A stretch of 64,000 nt of DNA from the human T2T-CHM13v2.0 reference genome, Homo sapiens. A program made the translations under genes and the position numbers. The notes beneath the pieces were generated by a model. It saw only the letters and a program-made list of their open reading frames with translations, made no database searches and was not told where the DNA came from. The DNA is taken from NCBI RefSeq assembly GCF_009914755.1, contig NC_060944.1; one strand, written 5' to 3'. Below are positions 14,629 to 29,223 of this stretch, piece by piece; within the stretch, counting starts at the first letter, position 1, and each line of letters begins with the position of its first letter.

Positions 14629-15070
14629 GTGAGAGATTGTTTGGGAAGATCCCTCCCATCCCAGTGCTTCTTGGCAATGTGACTTTGCCCTCTTCCCATC
14701 AAGAGATAAAGTCTGTTTCCCTCCCTTGAATTGGATGTGTCCCTGAATCAACCCAGCACTGTGCTCCCACCTCCGTGTGGCAAAATTGGCATTGGGTGAC
14801 TTTTGGGGCCTGACACTCCCATGTGAGAAAGACAGCCTAGCCTCCCAGAAGATGAGGGTCTCCAGCCAGGAGCACCAGCTGCTGGCACTGGAGTGAGCCC
14901 ATGTAGGACCCTTCTGCCCAGGCCACCTTCCAGTTGCCTGCAGTTTCAGAAGGGAGCCCAGGAGAAACCCACAGGGGAAGTTCACCAATGTGCAAAACAT
15001 GAAGTGTAAATTGTTGTTTTCAGCCACCAAGTTTTAGGGTGGTTTGTTGATGCAGTGAAAGCTAAATAAA
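14629..15070 (+). mobile_element. MLT1-family MaLR LTR
   Basis: caatgtgactttgccctcttcccatcaagaga ... ttgttgttttcagccaccaagttttagggtggtttgtt. Confidence 0.65.
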
Positions 15071-16016
15071 ATCCAGCCCTGGGCTGCCCACCTCTGACTT
15101 TTTCATGAGAAAGAAACTTTGATCTTGTTTAAGGCATGATGGTTTTTGGTCTTGGGTGAACGGAATCCTGATGCACACATGCACCTCTGGACCAGAGATT
15201 TTTGCTTTGATGTGATACCTCAGTGGCCAGGGTGATTCTCTCTTGCTGCTGATGGATGTGCTGAGCCCTTTTTTTTTTCCAATCGGTTGCTATGACAACA
15301 AGGGACTCCATATCCTCTAAAGAGGTTGGTATCTTGTGGGCAATTAGATTCTGGCCATACCATTACCTAATTCTTCTGTCTGATCTGAGACCAGAGTTCC
15401 CTCCACCTCCCCCCAGCACCCCCGGCACTCCCCGCCTTGCCCTCCTCCTGCCCAGGAGGTTAAAGCTGGCTTCCTTTGCTAATCTCCTTATTGCTGAATT
15501 GAATTCTGAAGCTGTTTCTTGCCCTTGCTGTCTGCTCAGGCTGCAATTCAGATAGATACTTAGAGGCTTCCTTTTGGATTCTGCATCTCTCCCTTTCTGG
15601 GCTCTGAGCTGTAACATCCCTTAAGTCAAGTTAGATACAGAATGAGAGGCTTCTTCTTCTCCAAGCCTCTGTTTTCTTATCTGCAAGACGGAGAGAGCTT
15701 ACCAACCTAACAGGGTTGTTGGGAGGTCTCTGAGACTCTGTCTACAAACGCCTTGCAGTTCTCAGCCCCCTCACTCCCGCCAAGGCCCCAAATGTCTTCC
15801 TGGAACATTGGCAACAAAATCTTAGACGCTCACTGTGGCCTTAGGGCCTGCCCGGCTCTCACCTCCTGCAGTCCTCACCAGCCTCACTGACCTTCTGAGG
15901 GTCCTTGGGCCAGCAGTGCTCCCACCTCTGGGCCCTTGCTCTTGCTCTTCTCTCTGCCTGGGGTGCCCTCCCCTCAGCTCTTTCATGGCCGCTCCTTCCC
16001 CATTCTTCAGGTCTTA

Positions 16017-16323
<307 letters not shown>

Positions 16324-16446
16324 AGGTCTTATTTTAAATGTCGTCTCCCCAGAGTTTTCCCTGACTATATCATCAGAAGAGCAGCCAATCCCATCAACAG
16401 TAATAATAGCATCACAATGAAATTATAACTTTAATAAATAGTTCTT

Positions 16447-17763
<1,317 letters not shown>

Positions 17764-20700
17764 TATTAATTAAAAAAAAAAAAATTAAAGCTCTTACAGC
17801 CCTTAATGTATATACACTTACAGTGGGGTTTTCTTTGCTTATTCCTGTCTCATCTCCTAGAGAGTGACTTGGTGCATCAATTGATAGCCCAGGGCTTGGC
17901 GCCTGGGCAGCTTTTATTATGTGGTAAGGGGGTATAACTGTGCCACTCTTATGCTTAAAATGCAGGAGTAAATTCCAAGCCCATTACCGTGCTGCATAAA
18001 GGCTGTCCTGATCTGAGGCTACCTTAGCTGTTAACACATACAACTCCCTTGGGTGATGTTGGGTGCAGACCTGCCACCTGGGACCCCAGAGGGAGGAAGT
18101 TTTCAATGCTCTTTAAAGCCTTCCAATTCTATTAAAGATAAAGGCTCCATCTGAGACTAGTAAGTCTTTAACACCCCTCTAATGCTTGCAAAGCTTCCTT
18201 TTGTCCTGTCCCTACCAGACTTCAGACTTCGGCTTAGAGCTGGTTCCTCATGGTATTGTTCCTTGAATTGTTGCTTGAATTCATTGTTATGCCACTTCTA
18301 TTAATGGAATATAATACTGGTTTTCCATTCATGGTAATAACATTAAGCTTCCTTCTTAAATCAGCTCATTCATGGTTTTAAAAAAGTAAGTCGAATTAAA
18401 GAAAAATGTTAAAAGATAGTGTCGGCTGTGACAGATTGCATGTGGATGTCTGAAGTTTAAGAAACACGACATGAATTCTAAGAGTCTTTGGAGCAATGAC
18501 GTGATGATTTGGTTTTCAAGCTGAAATATATTTATCACAGGGTTATTTATGATGCAATAATAATAATAATAACAATGAAAGCAACTCAAATGTTTATCCC
18601 ATAGGAAGGGTGACCATATAATTTTTCATCCAGAACTCTTCCAAAAGTGAATGAGGTGCTATTAATAATGACACCAGAGGAAAGGCACAACCTTGGAACA
18701 TTCTAGGCAAACTACCATGTTCATTAGGAAATGCTGAAGTAAACCATGGTATATACAGTTTGTAAACTATTGTGATTATGCAGATTTATAATTGACACTT
18801 ATAATGATTGCATAAAAATGCTTAAGACATTATAATGTTAAACAAGAAAGGCATATCATCCAGTGTTCGGAGACACACCGAAGAACCACCCTGGGAGAAT
18901 ATATGTTAAAATATTAATCATAGCTAACTCTGAGAGGTGAGATCAAGGATGATATTTATTTTCTTTGTTGGAGACGTATGTATAAATGCGTATACCTCAG
19001 CTTGTTCTAGAAAACTCTTATTCGACACACCTGACCATGCCACCTCTCTTGAACTTCTCCACATCCTTCTTTTGTTCCTGAGACAGAGTCCACACATCAT
19101 GACCACGGCCTAGAGGTCTTGTGTGATCAAGCTCCCTGCTGTGTCTCTGCCCAGCCACCAAAGCCCTCCCTGCGCTCACAGCTACTCACACCAGCTCTGT
19201 CCTGCCCCTCCGCAGGTCTCAGTCACCTCCTCAGGAATCCTCAGCCCTTGCCAGGCCAGGTCTCTGCTCCTGACACCTGCATCAACCTTTGCTGTTCAGT
19301 CTTCCCAAAGTAACTCTTTTTATTTTCCATAGTTATTTGCTCTGCGAGGTCTTTCCTGCTGAACGCAAACTCCTTGAGCACAGAGGTCATGCGCTCATCT
19401 CCAATTTATCCCCATTAATGCGTTAATCCTTACTGTGCCTTGGCCCGGGCAGGGGCTCCATAAATGATCTTATCTGAACCTCTGACTGTTGATCAATTTC
19501 ATGGGAAACTTCTTGATGCATTTCTGGGTTTTACCAATGTTCCTAAATGGACAACAGATACTGTTGCAATCTGTAAAATCAGTGAGGACCTTGAATAGCA
19601 ACATTCCCCAGTGGATTAAAATACAATTCGATTTGCCAAACTTTGATTTATACACTTTCCAATGATCTGTCTTTTATGTAAAGCAAGCCCCAATTCAGAG
19701 ATTTTTCTCCCCGAAAGCTCAAACTATGAGGCTGCATTTTTCAAGGCTGAGACGGGAGTGGGGAGAGGAGGGCTCCAGGCTGGTAGTTTCTTAAATGCCA
19801 TCCACCACTACCACTGGCAGTGTCTGAGAGTCCTGATGCCTGTGGCTGTGTATTAAGGAGAGAACACTGTGACTGGGGCTTTGATCTCAAGAAAGAAAAG
19901 CTCCCATGTCACTCCTCCTGGTACCTCCGTCTCTCATGTTCACTTTGGAGAGTGCCATTCGCTGACAGGGACGCAGAACGTTCCCTTGTGCTCCCTGCAG
20001 CCTGCTCTTTATACAACAGCCAGCACAGTCCCTTTAAATCTGGGTCAGATCATGCCCCTCCTGTGCTGAAAATCCTCCAGTGGCTCCCATCTCACCATGG
20101 GTCAAAAGTCAACATCCATGGCCCATAAGTGAGGCATCAATACTATACATTATCCAAACCAGGATACTTTGAGAGTAAAAGCAGCTCCACAGTCACACGG
20201 AGTGACAGTGTAAACTGGGACAGCGCAAGGTGCGGGACGCCCTCCACCATCTGGTCTCTTCCACTTCGGCACCCTGATTCTCGCCCTCTGCTCTTACTTG
20301 TTGCCTTAGCTTCTTACTCTTCAGTACAGAAACAGCCACAAATCCTTCTCAAGGCCTTTGCATTTGCTGTTCCCTCTTCCCGGGAGGCTATTTCCCTCAC
20401 TCCCTCGCCCAGACACCCACAGGCTTACCTGCTGCACATCTCTGGTCGAATGTCACCTGCCAGAGAGCCTTTGTGCCCTCTCTGAGTGACAGCCTCCCTG
20501 CCCCTGTCACTTGCATCCCTCACCCTGTATTTTCCTTCACAGCACTAGCAAGCGCCTGCAACCTGGAGACCCTTGTTCATTTGTAGGCGACTGGTCTCCC
20601 TTGTTAGAAAGTGAGCCCCAGGAAGTACCAACTTTGCTTAATCACTGCTGAATCTCCCACCACTAGCCCAGCGCAGGGCACACAACGGTGGCTTAGTAAA

Positions 20701-22116
20701 TGTTCATCAAAGATTGGAGGAATATGGGAGGGGAGGGCATTAACCCTGACTATGCAACAACTTTGGGTCAGACACTGTCCCTGTGTCTTATCACATGACC
20801 TCCCTCTATTCATCAGGGCAGAAACCATCACCCCCATTTTGGATGAGGCAACTGAGGCCTTGTTGATTAGTTGACTGACAGGTACAGAGCAGGTGTTATG
20901 TGTCAGCTCCTGAAAGGACGAAAGACATTACCATATTTCACCATCATTTTCTCTACCAAAGAGAAAACTCTTTGGGGGAGGCCACAGCCCACCTCCAGTG
21001 ACTGGTTAGCAGAGCTGGGACCATCCTCACATCCCCAGGTGAGACTCTCACTCCAGTGCTCCTTCTTCAAGTCCAGACAGAGCATGGATCTTACCAAGAA
21101 CCAGAAAGCCCTTTCTGATTTCCTAAACCTGAGGACAGGCCTGTAGGAGCTCACCAGGTGTAACTGGGATTTAAGAGTGAGACAGATGCACATTTTCAGA
21201 AGGCACACTTCATGTCAAAGGTGATGAAGGATGAGGGGAGCCCTGGGAACAAAGAATAATGGGGCTTGGTGTAAGTTAGACAGAGACGAGACAAATCATG
21301 AGGGAATGCAACATAGATGCAGATTTACATATTAGAAGGCTGATTATAAATCTTTGTTATAAATCTGCATAGCTAACGGGAGGCGACATGTAGCCAGCAC
21401 ATGAATCAAGAATGCTGAGATGACATCTATTAGGGAACCATTGTTCCTGACACTGTCGTGGGGATTTTTGTTGTTTTCACTTTGGGGCCTTTAATTAACA
21501 GACAAGCCCCATGGCTGGGCTCATTTGTGTGAAGGGCTTGGAGCTGGGGGTGGGGGCGGGGTGATCCAAATCTGAGGGATCATAATGATTGTCGTGATCA
21601 TTATGACAAGACTTTCCTCACTAGTGATGGTGTACGGCGTTGTCGTGGAAACCGTGCGCTTATTAGTAACGTGCTCTTTTAAGGTTACCGGGATGTTGGA
21701 ATCCCTTAACCAATGCCTGCTCTGTGATCACTGCACAGTGGCCTTTGTAGCATGGACAAAGAACCAGTAATCCGCAAGGCCTTCAATGTTTTTATTCCAA
21801 ATCTAACTCTGGCTTGCTCCACATCCCCCACAAACAGCCTATTAAAATGATCTCCTTGAGCCCTCTGGGTGCTGGAAATGTTCTATGGTGTGATCTGAGT
21901 GGTGACCACACAGGTGTATGCAAATGTGAGGCTCCATTGAATGACACACTTAAGCACACTTTTATAGCACATATGTTACAGCTCTATTAAAAAAATTAAT
22001 TTCACCCTTTTCTTACCACCAGCATAGTTTTGTCTTTTCAACAGGTGTGTGCCTCACTCAGGTGACATCAGAAATACCATAATCAGAGGCACACCCCTTT
22101 AAGAAGAAGCAACAAT

Positions 22117-22374
22117 GTGAAAATAGCATGCAGGTATAACCCAAAGCTTCTACCAGTCATCTTAAAAGCACATAGAGCCTTAGAATGAACCCAACACAGA
22201 GCAGAAGAGAGCCTAGTGATGCAGAGATCGTGATATCCTTATTGAGTCCTTTGATCAAACTCTACCTGAAGCTAAATATCCCTCGGTTTTTCATTTATGT
22301 GAACCAACAAATTACTTGGGCTTTTTTTTGTTGTTGTTTATTTGTTTAACCCATTTGAGATAGTTAGGAATCAT
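22117..22374 (+). repeat. Local direct duplication, copy 1 (~255 bp)
   Basis: Aligns end to end with 23291-23546 at roughly 85-90% identity by eye. Confidence 0.9.
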
Positions 22375-23079
22375 AAACCTCTTATGTATCAGGTGCACTT
22401 CATATTACTGAATATATTACTGAACCCAGTGAAATCATTATTTTTCTCTCCATTTGACAGACTGGAAACTGAGGCACAGTGGCATTCAGGGACTTGTTCA
22501 GAGTCACCCAGGGAAGCAGAATCTGAAGCCAGTTCTCTGTGGCTCCTACCATGCTTTTTCCTTCTTATGACCACGTGAAATCGGTCCAGAAAAGAAAGTC
22601 CAGAACAACAGTGTTCTGCAGTCCATAGCATAAGGGGAAAAGTACTAAAAATGAAAAAAAAGTATTTCTCATAAAAAAAAGATTTAGAAAGAACTCACAA
22701 AATAGTGGTGAGAGGGTGATGTGTCTTATCCTAAACATGGTATTGTTTGTCTTACTCAGTACTTTAAAAAAATTACCTGCCTAGAGATTGAAAAACAGAG
22801 ATGTCACATGCATATTGAGCAATCTCTGCAGTCTCTTGGAAATCAGAGAAGGTTTTGCCATTCTAGGGCCACATTTCCCACAGCGTATACTCTCCAGTTG
22901 GCCCCAACCCCCACCAGCTCCCCTTACTCACTGGCATCCACCTACGCTGTGTCAGAATTGATGCATTGATAATAAACTTTAATCTGCTGGAACACTTTTG
23001 TTGACTTGGATTCCATAACATATTCCTACTCTATACCCTAGGAGGTCTAGCATTCACTTGCTCTCCTACTGGGATCCAT

Positions 23080-23550
23080 GCTCCATTTTCTTCTTGAGAA
23101 CCACCCACTTCCTTCCCCACTATTTCGAGTGGGGTTGAATCCATCCCTGGCTCCAGTGATGTCCATGTGATTCGGTTCTAATCAAACAGAGCATCACATC
23201 CATCTGTCCACAGTGACTGGCATGAGCTCAGGATAGGACACATGACCCAATTAAAGCCAATAAGATGTCATGAAACTTTGATTGAGATTGGTGAAAATAG
23301 CATGTGGGTATAACCCAGAGCTTCTGCCAGTCATCTTAAAAGCACGTAGAGCCTTAGAATGAACACAATACAGAGGAGAAGAGAGCCTAGGGATGCAGAG
23401 ATCATGTTATCCTTATTGAGTCCCTTGATCAAACTCTACCTGAAGCTAAATATCCCTGGAATTTTTATTTATGTGAACCAACAAATTACTTGGATTTTGT
23501 TGTTGTAGTTTATTTGTTTAACCCATTTGAGAGAGTTAGGAGTCATTTGT
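23080..23550 (+). mobile_element. LTR16-like ERVL LTR; its 3' part (23291-23546) is duplication copy 2
   Basis: cacagtgactgg...gacacatgacccaattaaagccaataaga...ttatgtgaaccaacaaatt motifs. Confidence 0.55.
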
Positions 23551-24748
23551 TTTCAAGTGGTAGACAGTTCTTCCCTGGAGAATCTCCCAGGCTAGTGACA
23601 ACAGGATCGGGACTCAGTGGGTAAAAATAACAGAAACCTGAACTTCAACCTGACATAAAGATGGAACTTTCCAACACTGAATCATTGAGGAATAGGAATA
23701 TGTTGTGGAATCCTAGTCAACAAAAGTATTCAAGCAGATTAAAGTTTCCTATCAATGTGTCAATTTTGGCACAGGGTAGGTGGATGGATAAGATGAACCC
23801 AAGCCTTAGGTTCCTTCCATTTTGATGATCCTATGAATATCATGAATGACACAGTCCTCAGAGAAGGATTTCCTAAATACCCTAGGGAGGTTTCTCCCCT
23901 ACCCTTGTTATCCTTTATCTCCACATCCCAACTATTTCCCAACAATTACCATTATTTTTAATGATTGACTTATATTTTTGTCTATGTGTTTGTCTCCTCT
24001 ACTAGACTGTTAGTTCCATAACAGCAGAGATCTTGTCCATTTCATTTTTCTGTACTTCCACCACCTAGCAAAAGGCCTGCCAAACACAGTAGACCTTTAA
24101 TTAAGAGTTTGCTGAATGAATGAGAGAATGTATGAGACCTTCCTCACTCTGCATTTTCTATGAAGTCATTCAGAAAGCCAGTGTCCAAATGGAACCCATG
24201 AGGTCTGTAGCCATTAAATCTCACATTCATCCTATTTAAAGACATCTCATCAACAACATTTAATGCAAAATGTCATTTTAGTAAAGGACATTATGCCACC
24301 CATGGCTACAGCATCCTCCATCCCTAACTCACTCATCCTTGTCTGGGAACATGTCTCTATCTCCTGTCCTGGTCATCTAGCATAGAAAACAGCCCATGGG
24401 AATTATGTGGGATGCAGACTCCCTCTGCAGCACCTCTCCCCACTCTCCTCATTGTGTTGCTTAATGCTCAAGCTTTGTCACCATCCCTTAAGACAATGTA
24501 GGAAAAAAAACTCATTTACTGAGCACCTACTGTGTACCAGGATCTTTGCATATATGAGCTCCTCTAATCCTCACAGCAACTCTACAAAATTGGCACTATT
24601 AGTCTTTATTTTATGGAGGCAGGAACTAAGGCTGAGAGAAGCCAAATGGCTTACTCAAGGTCGCACAGATCCAATGTTCCAATTTAAAGCTGTGACACTT
24701 CACAGTTTTTGCTCTTTCTGTTATCCCACACTTGGTTTTCCAACCTGA

Positions 24749-24751
<3 letters not shown>

Positions 24752-24784
<33 letters not shown>
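24752..24784. repeat. (TG)16 microsatellite just past the PDYN 3' end
   Basis: Directly visible. Confidence 0.95.
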
Positions 24785-24786
<2 letters not shown>

Positions 24787-24904
24787 CTCTTCTTTATTCC
24801 CTAGCACTCTTTTCTGCAAATTTTTTTTCTCTCTGAGGACTGAGGCTCACACACATGTGCACGTGCACGTACACACACACCCACCAAGTCATCAGCATCT
24901 TTCT

Positions 24905-24914
24905 TTTATTTATT
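24905..24914 (-). terminator. PDYN: PDYN polyadenylation signal (two overlapping AATAAA)
   Basis: Minus strand AATAAATAAA followed by a GU-rich downstream element (GGTGGGTGTGTGTGT). Confidence 0.85.
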
Positions 24915-26171
24915 GTACTGGAGGAGCAGGAAATTACACAAGCCTATTAAAGGCTAAGCAAATTCCAAGTAAATTGCATAAATGGGATTTTTTTAAAGGA
25001 CACAAAATAACTCTAAAACAATCTATCCATTTCAGAACATCATCAGATACCTGGGGACTGCGCATGAAGAGATGTGCTCAGCAGCATCTTATACAAATTA
25101 TCCAGACTCAAGCCTTTTCCTCTCCTATCCAGCCTCATCTCCTGGACCCACAAACCAAAAGAGAGTGCCTGGGAATGAGAGAGCAAAAGAGAGACAGACA
25201 GACAGGGAGGGCTTTGATGGAAACCAAGACATCAGGAGGTCTCTGCCTCTGATTCAGGGTTATTTGAATCAAGGGAACTCATTTGGCCTCAAGCACTTAA
25301 TCATTTTATTCCTCTTTCTGGTTTTATTTTGAGACATTAAGAGGAAAGAAGCATTATGGGGATTGAAGAGGGCTTTTTCTCTTTCTAGCTGCTGCTTCTG
25401 GAGTCCCTTACCCAATGCCCAGTGCGTATGTTGGGCCAGATGGCTTGGACTCTTGGCAGCCAATTCAGCTGCTCAAGAACATGGTTGTGCTTAACTTCAT
25501 CAGCTTGACTCTGCTTCAGTTCACCATGGAGTAGAAGCATGATACCCATCAGTTTAATTAGTTTAATGAGGGCTGAGGGAACTGGTCCACATTTTGAGTT
25601 TGTTGCACAGAACAAATTGGTTTGCCTTTCTCCCTCCTTGATCATTTAAGCATTCAAGAGGCTGCTCTCAATCATTTCCGAAAGAGGTTTTCACTCCCTT
25701 CTGTAAGGAGTTAGGCACTGTCCAGGGTACCAACATGACTGGGAGTTCAGGAAGTCAGTTCTTCAAGAGGTGCTTTTCTGAACAATGAGGACTCAGAGTA
25801 CACTGACTAAACATTAAACCCACTAGAAGACTGGACCCTCTACTGTAAGGGTTCCTGATCCAATATAAGGCAATGTTTAAGCTTTTTACCTAAAGCATCG
25901 TCTCCAAAGTCAGGTGCACAGGAGATCTTTTGAGATTTGGGAATATAATGTTAGGATTTCTGTGTATGATTATTTACCTTCTTTTAAAGTTCTACTCTTT
26001 GTTTATGATGTGTATACTATCTGCATGAGGGAGCATGCTCATATTTCTTCTAAGAGGGGCATGTGATCTGTTAAGTTTGGACATCATAGACCTACAGGTA
26101 CAAAGAACACATCGCTCTGGTTCCCTGGAATTGAGGAGTCACGTGAACAGGTTGGAAGGACAGATCACAAA

Positions 26172-26201
26172 CTGCTGCTGCTGCTGCTGCTGCCGCTGCT
26201 G
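26172..26201 (-). repeat. (CAG)2 CGG (CAG)7 trinucleotide repeat in the PDYN 3' UTR
   Basis: Plus strand reads (CTG)7 CCG (CTG)2. Confidence 0.95.
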
Positions 26202-26455
26202 ATAGTTTTAGAGTCTAGGTGTCTGAGCCAAGCACTAAGCCTATTGTGGGGAAGGGACATCCACCCTTCCCCATCACAGACCCCAGAGAAATAACATACT
26301 CCCACGCAGAAGAGAGATAGGCTGGGCTTGGATATTTTGTACACAATGCTGAGCTGAGCATGGGGAAGGGGCACATATAAGAGGATGAATGAATGCACTC
26401 CAACCTGAAAAGGTGTCAGGGGTTTCTCCTGACTCTACTCCATGAAAAGAGGTGC

Positions 26456-27127
<672 letters not shown>

Positions 27128-27777
27128 TCAAAACACATGCACTGGTCTGCCCCAGGCTCCCCTGTCCAGTGTCTGAGAAAACCAAAATGAACGCCACTGC
27201 TAAGCCCTGGGCTACCCATGTTCATACTACTGGTGGTGCATAAAGGTAGGGGACTTTGTGCCTGTGAGAAAGAGAAGACAGACCTGGAGAGGTGAAATGG
27301 CTTTAGACCCAGGACACATGGCTGCAGGTGGCAATTGCCAGAATTGGAAGTAAGATCTTCCCGTAGTGTTCTGCGTGCTCACCTTTCCCCCTCCACGTCT
27401 GACTCCCAGACAGGAAACCCCATCTCCACTAAAAATACAAATTCTCTCCCAGGCTTCTGCAGGTGTGAAGCACACTGCTAACTCTTGGTAAAGTGGGACA
27501 GAGAAGTGCAGCATGGCAGAGAACACACAGGAGAGGACACAGGAGGGTTCATCAGGCCTGGGGTGGGGGGCAATGGCATCACTTCATAGGGCCATTGGGA
27601 GCATTCAATCATAATGACGATGACAATAGCAAAGAATATGGAACTTGAACCCAGGCCGTCCAGTGCCATGAGTCTTCATGCTTAAACGTGGTGCTCTTTG
27701 AGATTGGGCACGGGCAGGACCTGGCCCATTGTGTGCATCTCTCAGTGGCTAGAATTATGTATTAAATAACTTCTTTT

Positions 27778-28100
<323 letters not shown>

Positions 28101-28106
28101 ACTTCT

Positions 28107-28412
28107 GGCATGGGCTTGATAGCCCATGCCTGTAATCCCAGCACTTTGGAAGGCCGAGGTGGGCAAATCACTTGAGGTCAAGAGTCTAACACCAGCCTGG
28201 CCAGCATGGTGAAACCCCGTCTCTACTAAAAATACAAAAATTAGCCGGGTGTGGTGGTGGGTGCCCATAGTCCCAGCCACTCGGGAGGCTGAGGCAGGAG
28301 AATCATTTGAACCCAGGAGGCAGAGGTCTCAGTGAGCCGACATCATGCCACTGCACTCAAGTCTGGGCTACTGAGTGAGACCCTGTCTCGGAAAAATAAA
28401 TAAATAATTAAA
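28107..28412 (+). mobile_element. Second tandem AluS SINE in PDYN intron 3
   Basis: Dimeric Alu with A-rich tail. Confidence 0.9.
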
Positions 28413-28944
28413 TAACTTCTTTCACTATCTCATGGAATCACCTCCATTTTGCAGATGAAGAAACCGAGGCTTAGAGAGGGAGTTCCAAGGTCATGGAGCT
28501 AGAAAGGGACAGAATCAAAGTCTGTGTTCTGTCCCTATGCCCTTGGTACTTCTATTCCAGCCTTTCTGCTGTCATGGGAGAGACATGTGGGGGAACTTAA
28601 CTCAAAGGAAAGCCGACAAGGTAGGGTCAAGAGGTGCTAAGGCCCAGGAGAGGGTCAAAGCTTTGATCCTGTCAGCCAGATCTTTGCATTTAGGGGTGTT
28701 GGAGACAGCTCCTCTCATGGAACTGTCTAGATTTGGAGGTGCTCATCAGCCCAGGAAAAAGAAGCCCTGAAAAGTCAATCTAGAGCTGCTGACTGCCGAA
28801 GTCAGCACCACCTCAGAAATGACACTCCCTGTTGCCAGGCATCACTCTCCCTGGACACCTGAGTCTCTTGTCCTGGCCTAAGTGAACCCATGATGGCGAG
28901 GTCTGGAGTGGGGACACAGCAGCCCCTGGTGTCCAGGCCATCTA

Positions 28945-29223
<279 letters not shown>

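Larger units (their letters stand above)
13789..15140 (+). mobile_element. ERVL LTR33/LTR16-like LTR hosting nested MaLR insertions
   Basis: catttcccagcctccttgtatctgagtgtggccatgtgact motif. Confidence 0.5.
24889..26455 (-). other. PDYN: PDYN 3' UTR (exon 4); 3' end approximate
   Basis: Runs from the TAA stop to ~15-25 nt past the AATAAA signals; GU-rich sequence follows. Confidence 0.85.

Noticed and set aside
28801-28810. RE1 left half-site gtcagcacca
   Set aside because: No GGACAG right half at canonical spacing
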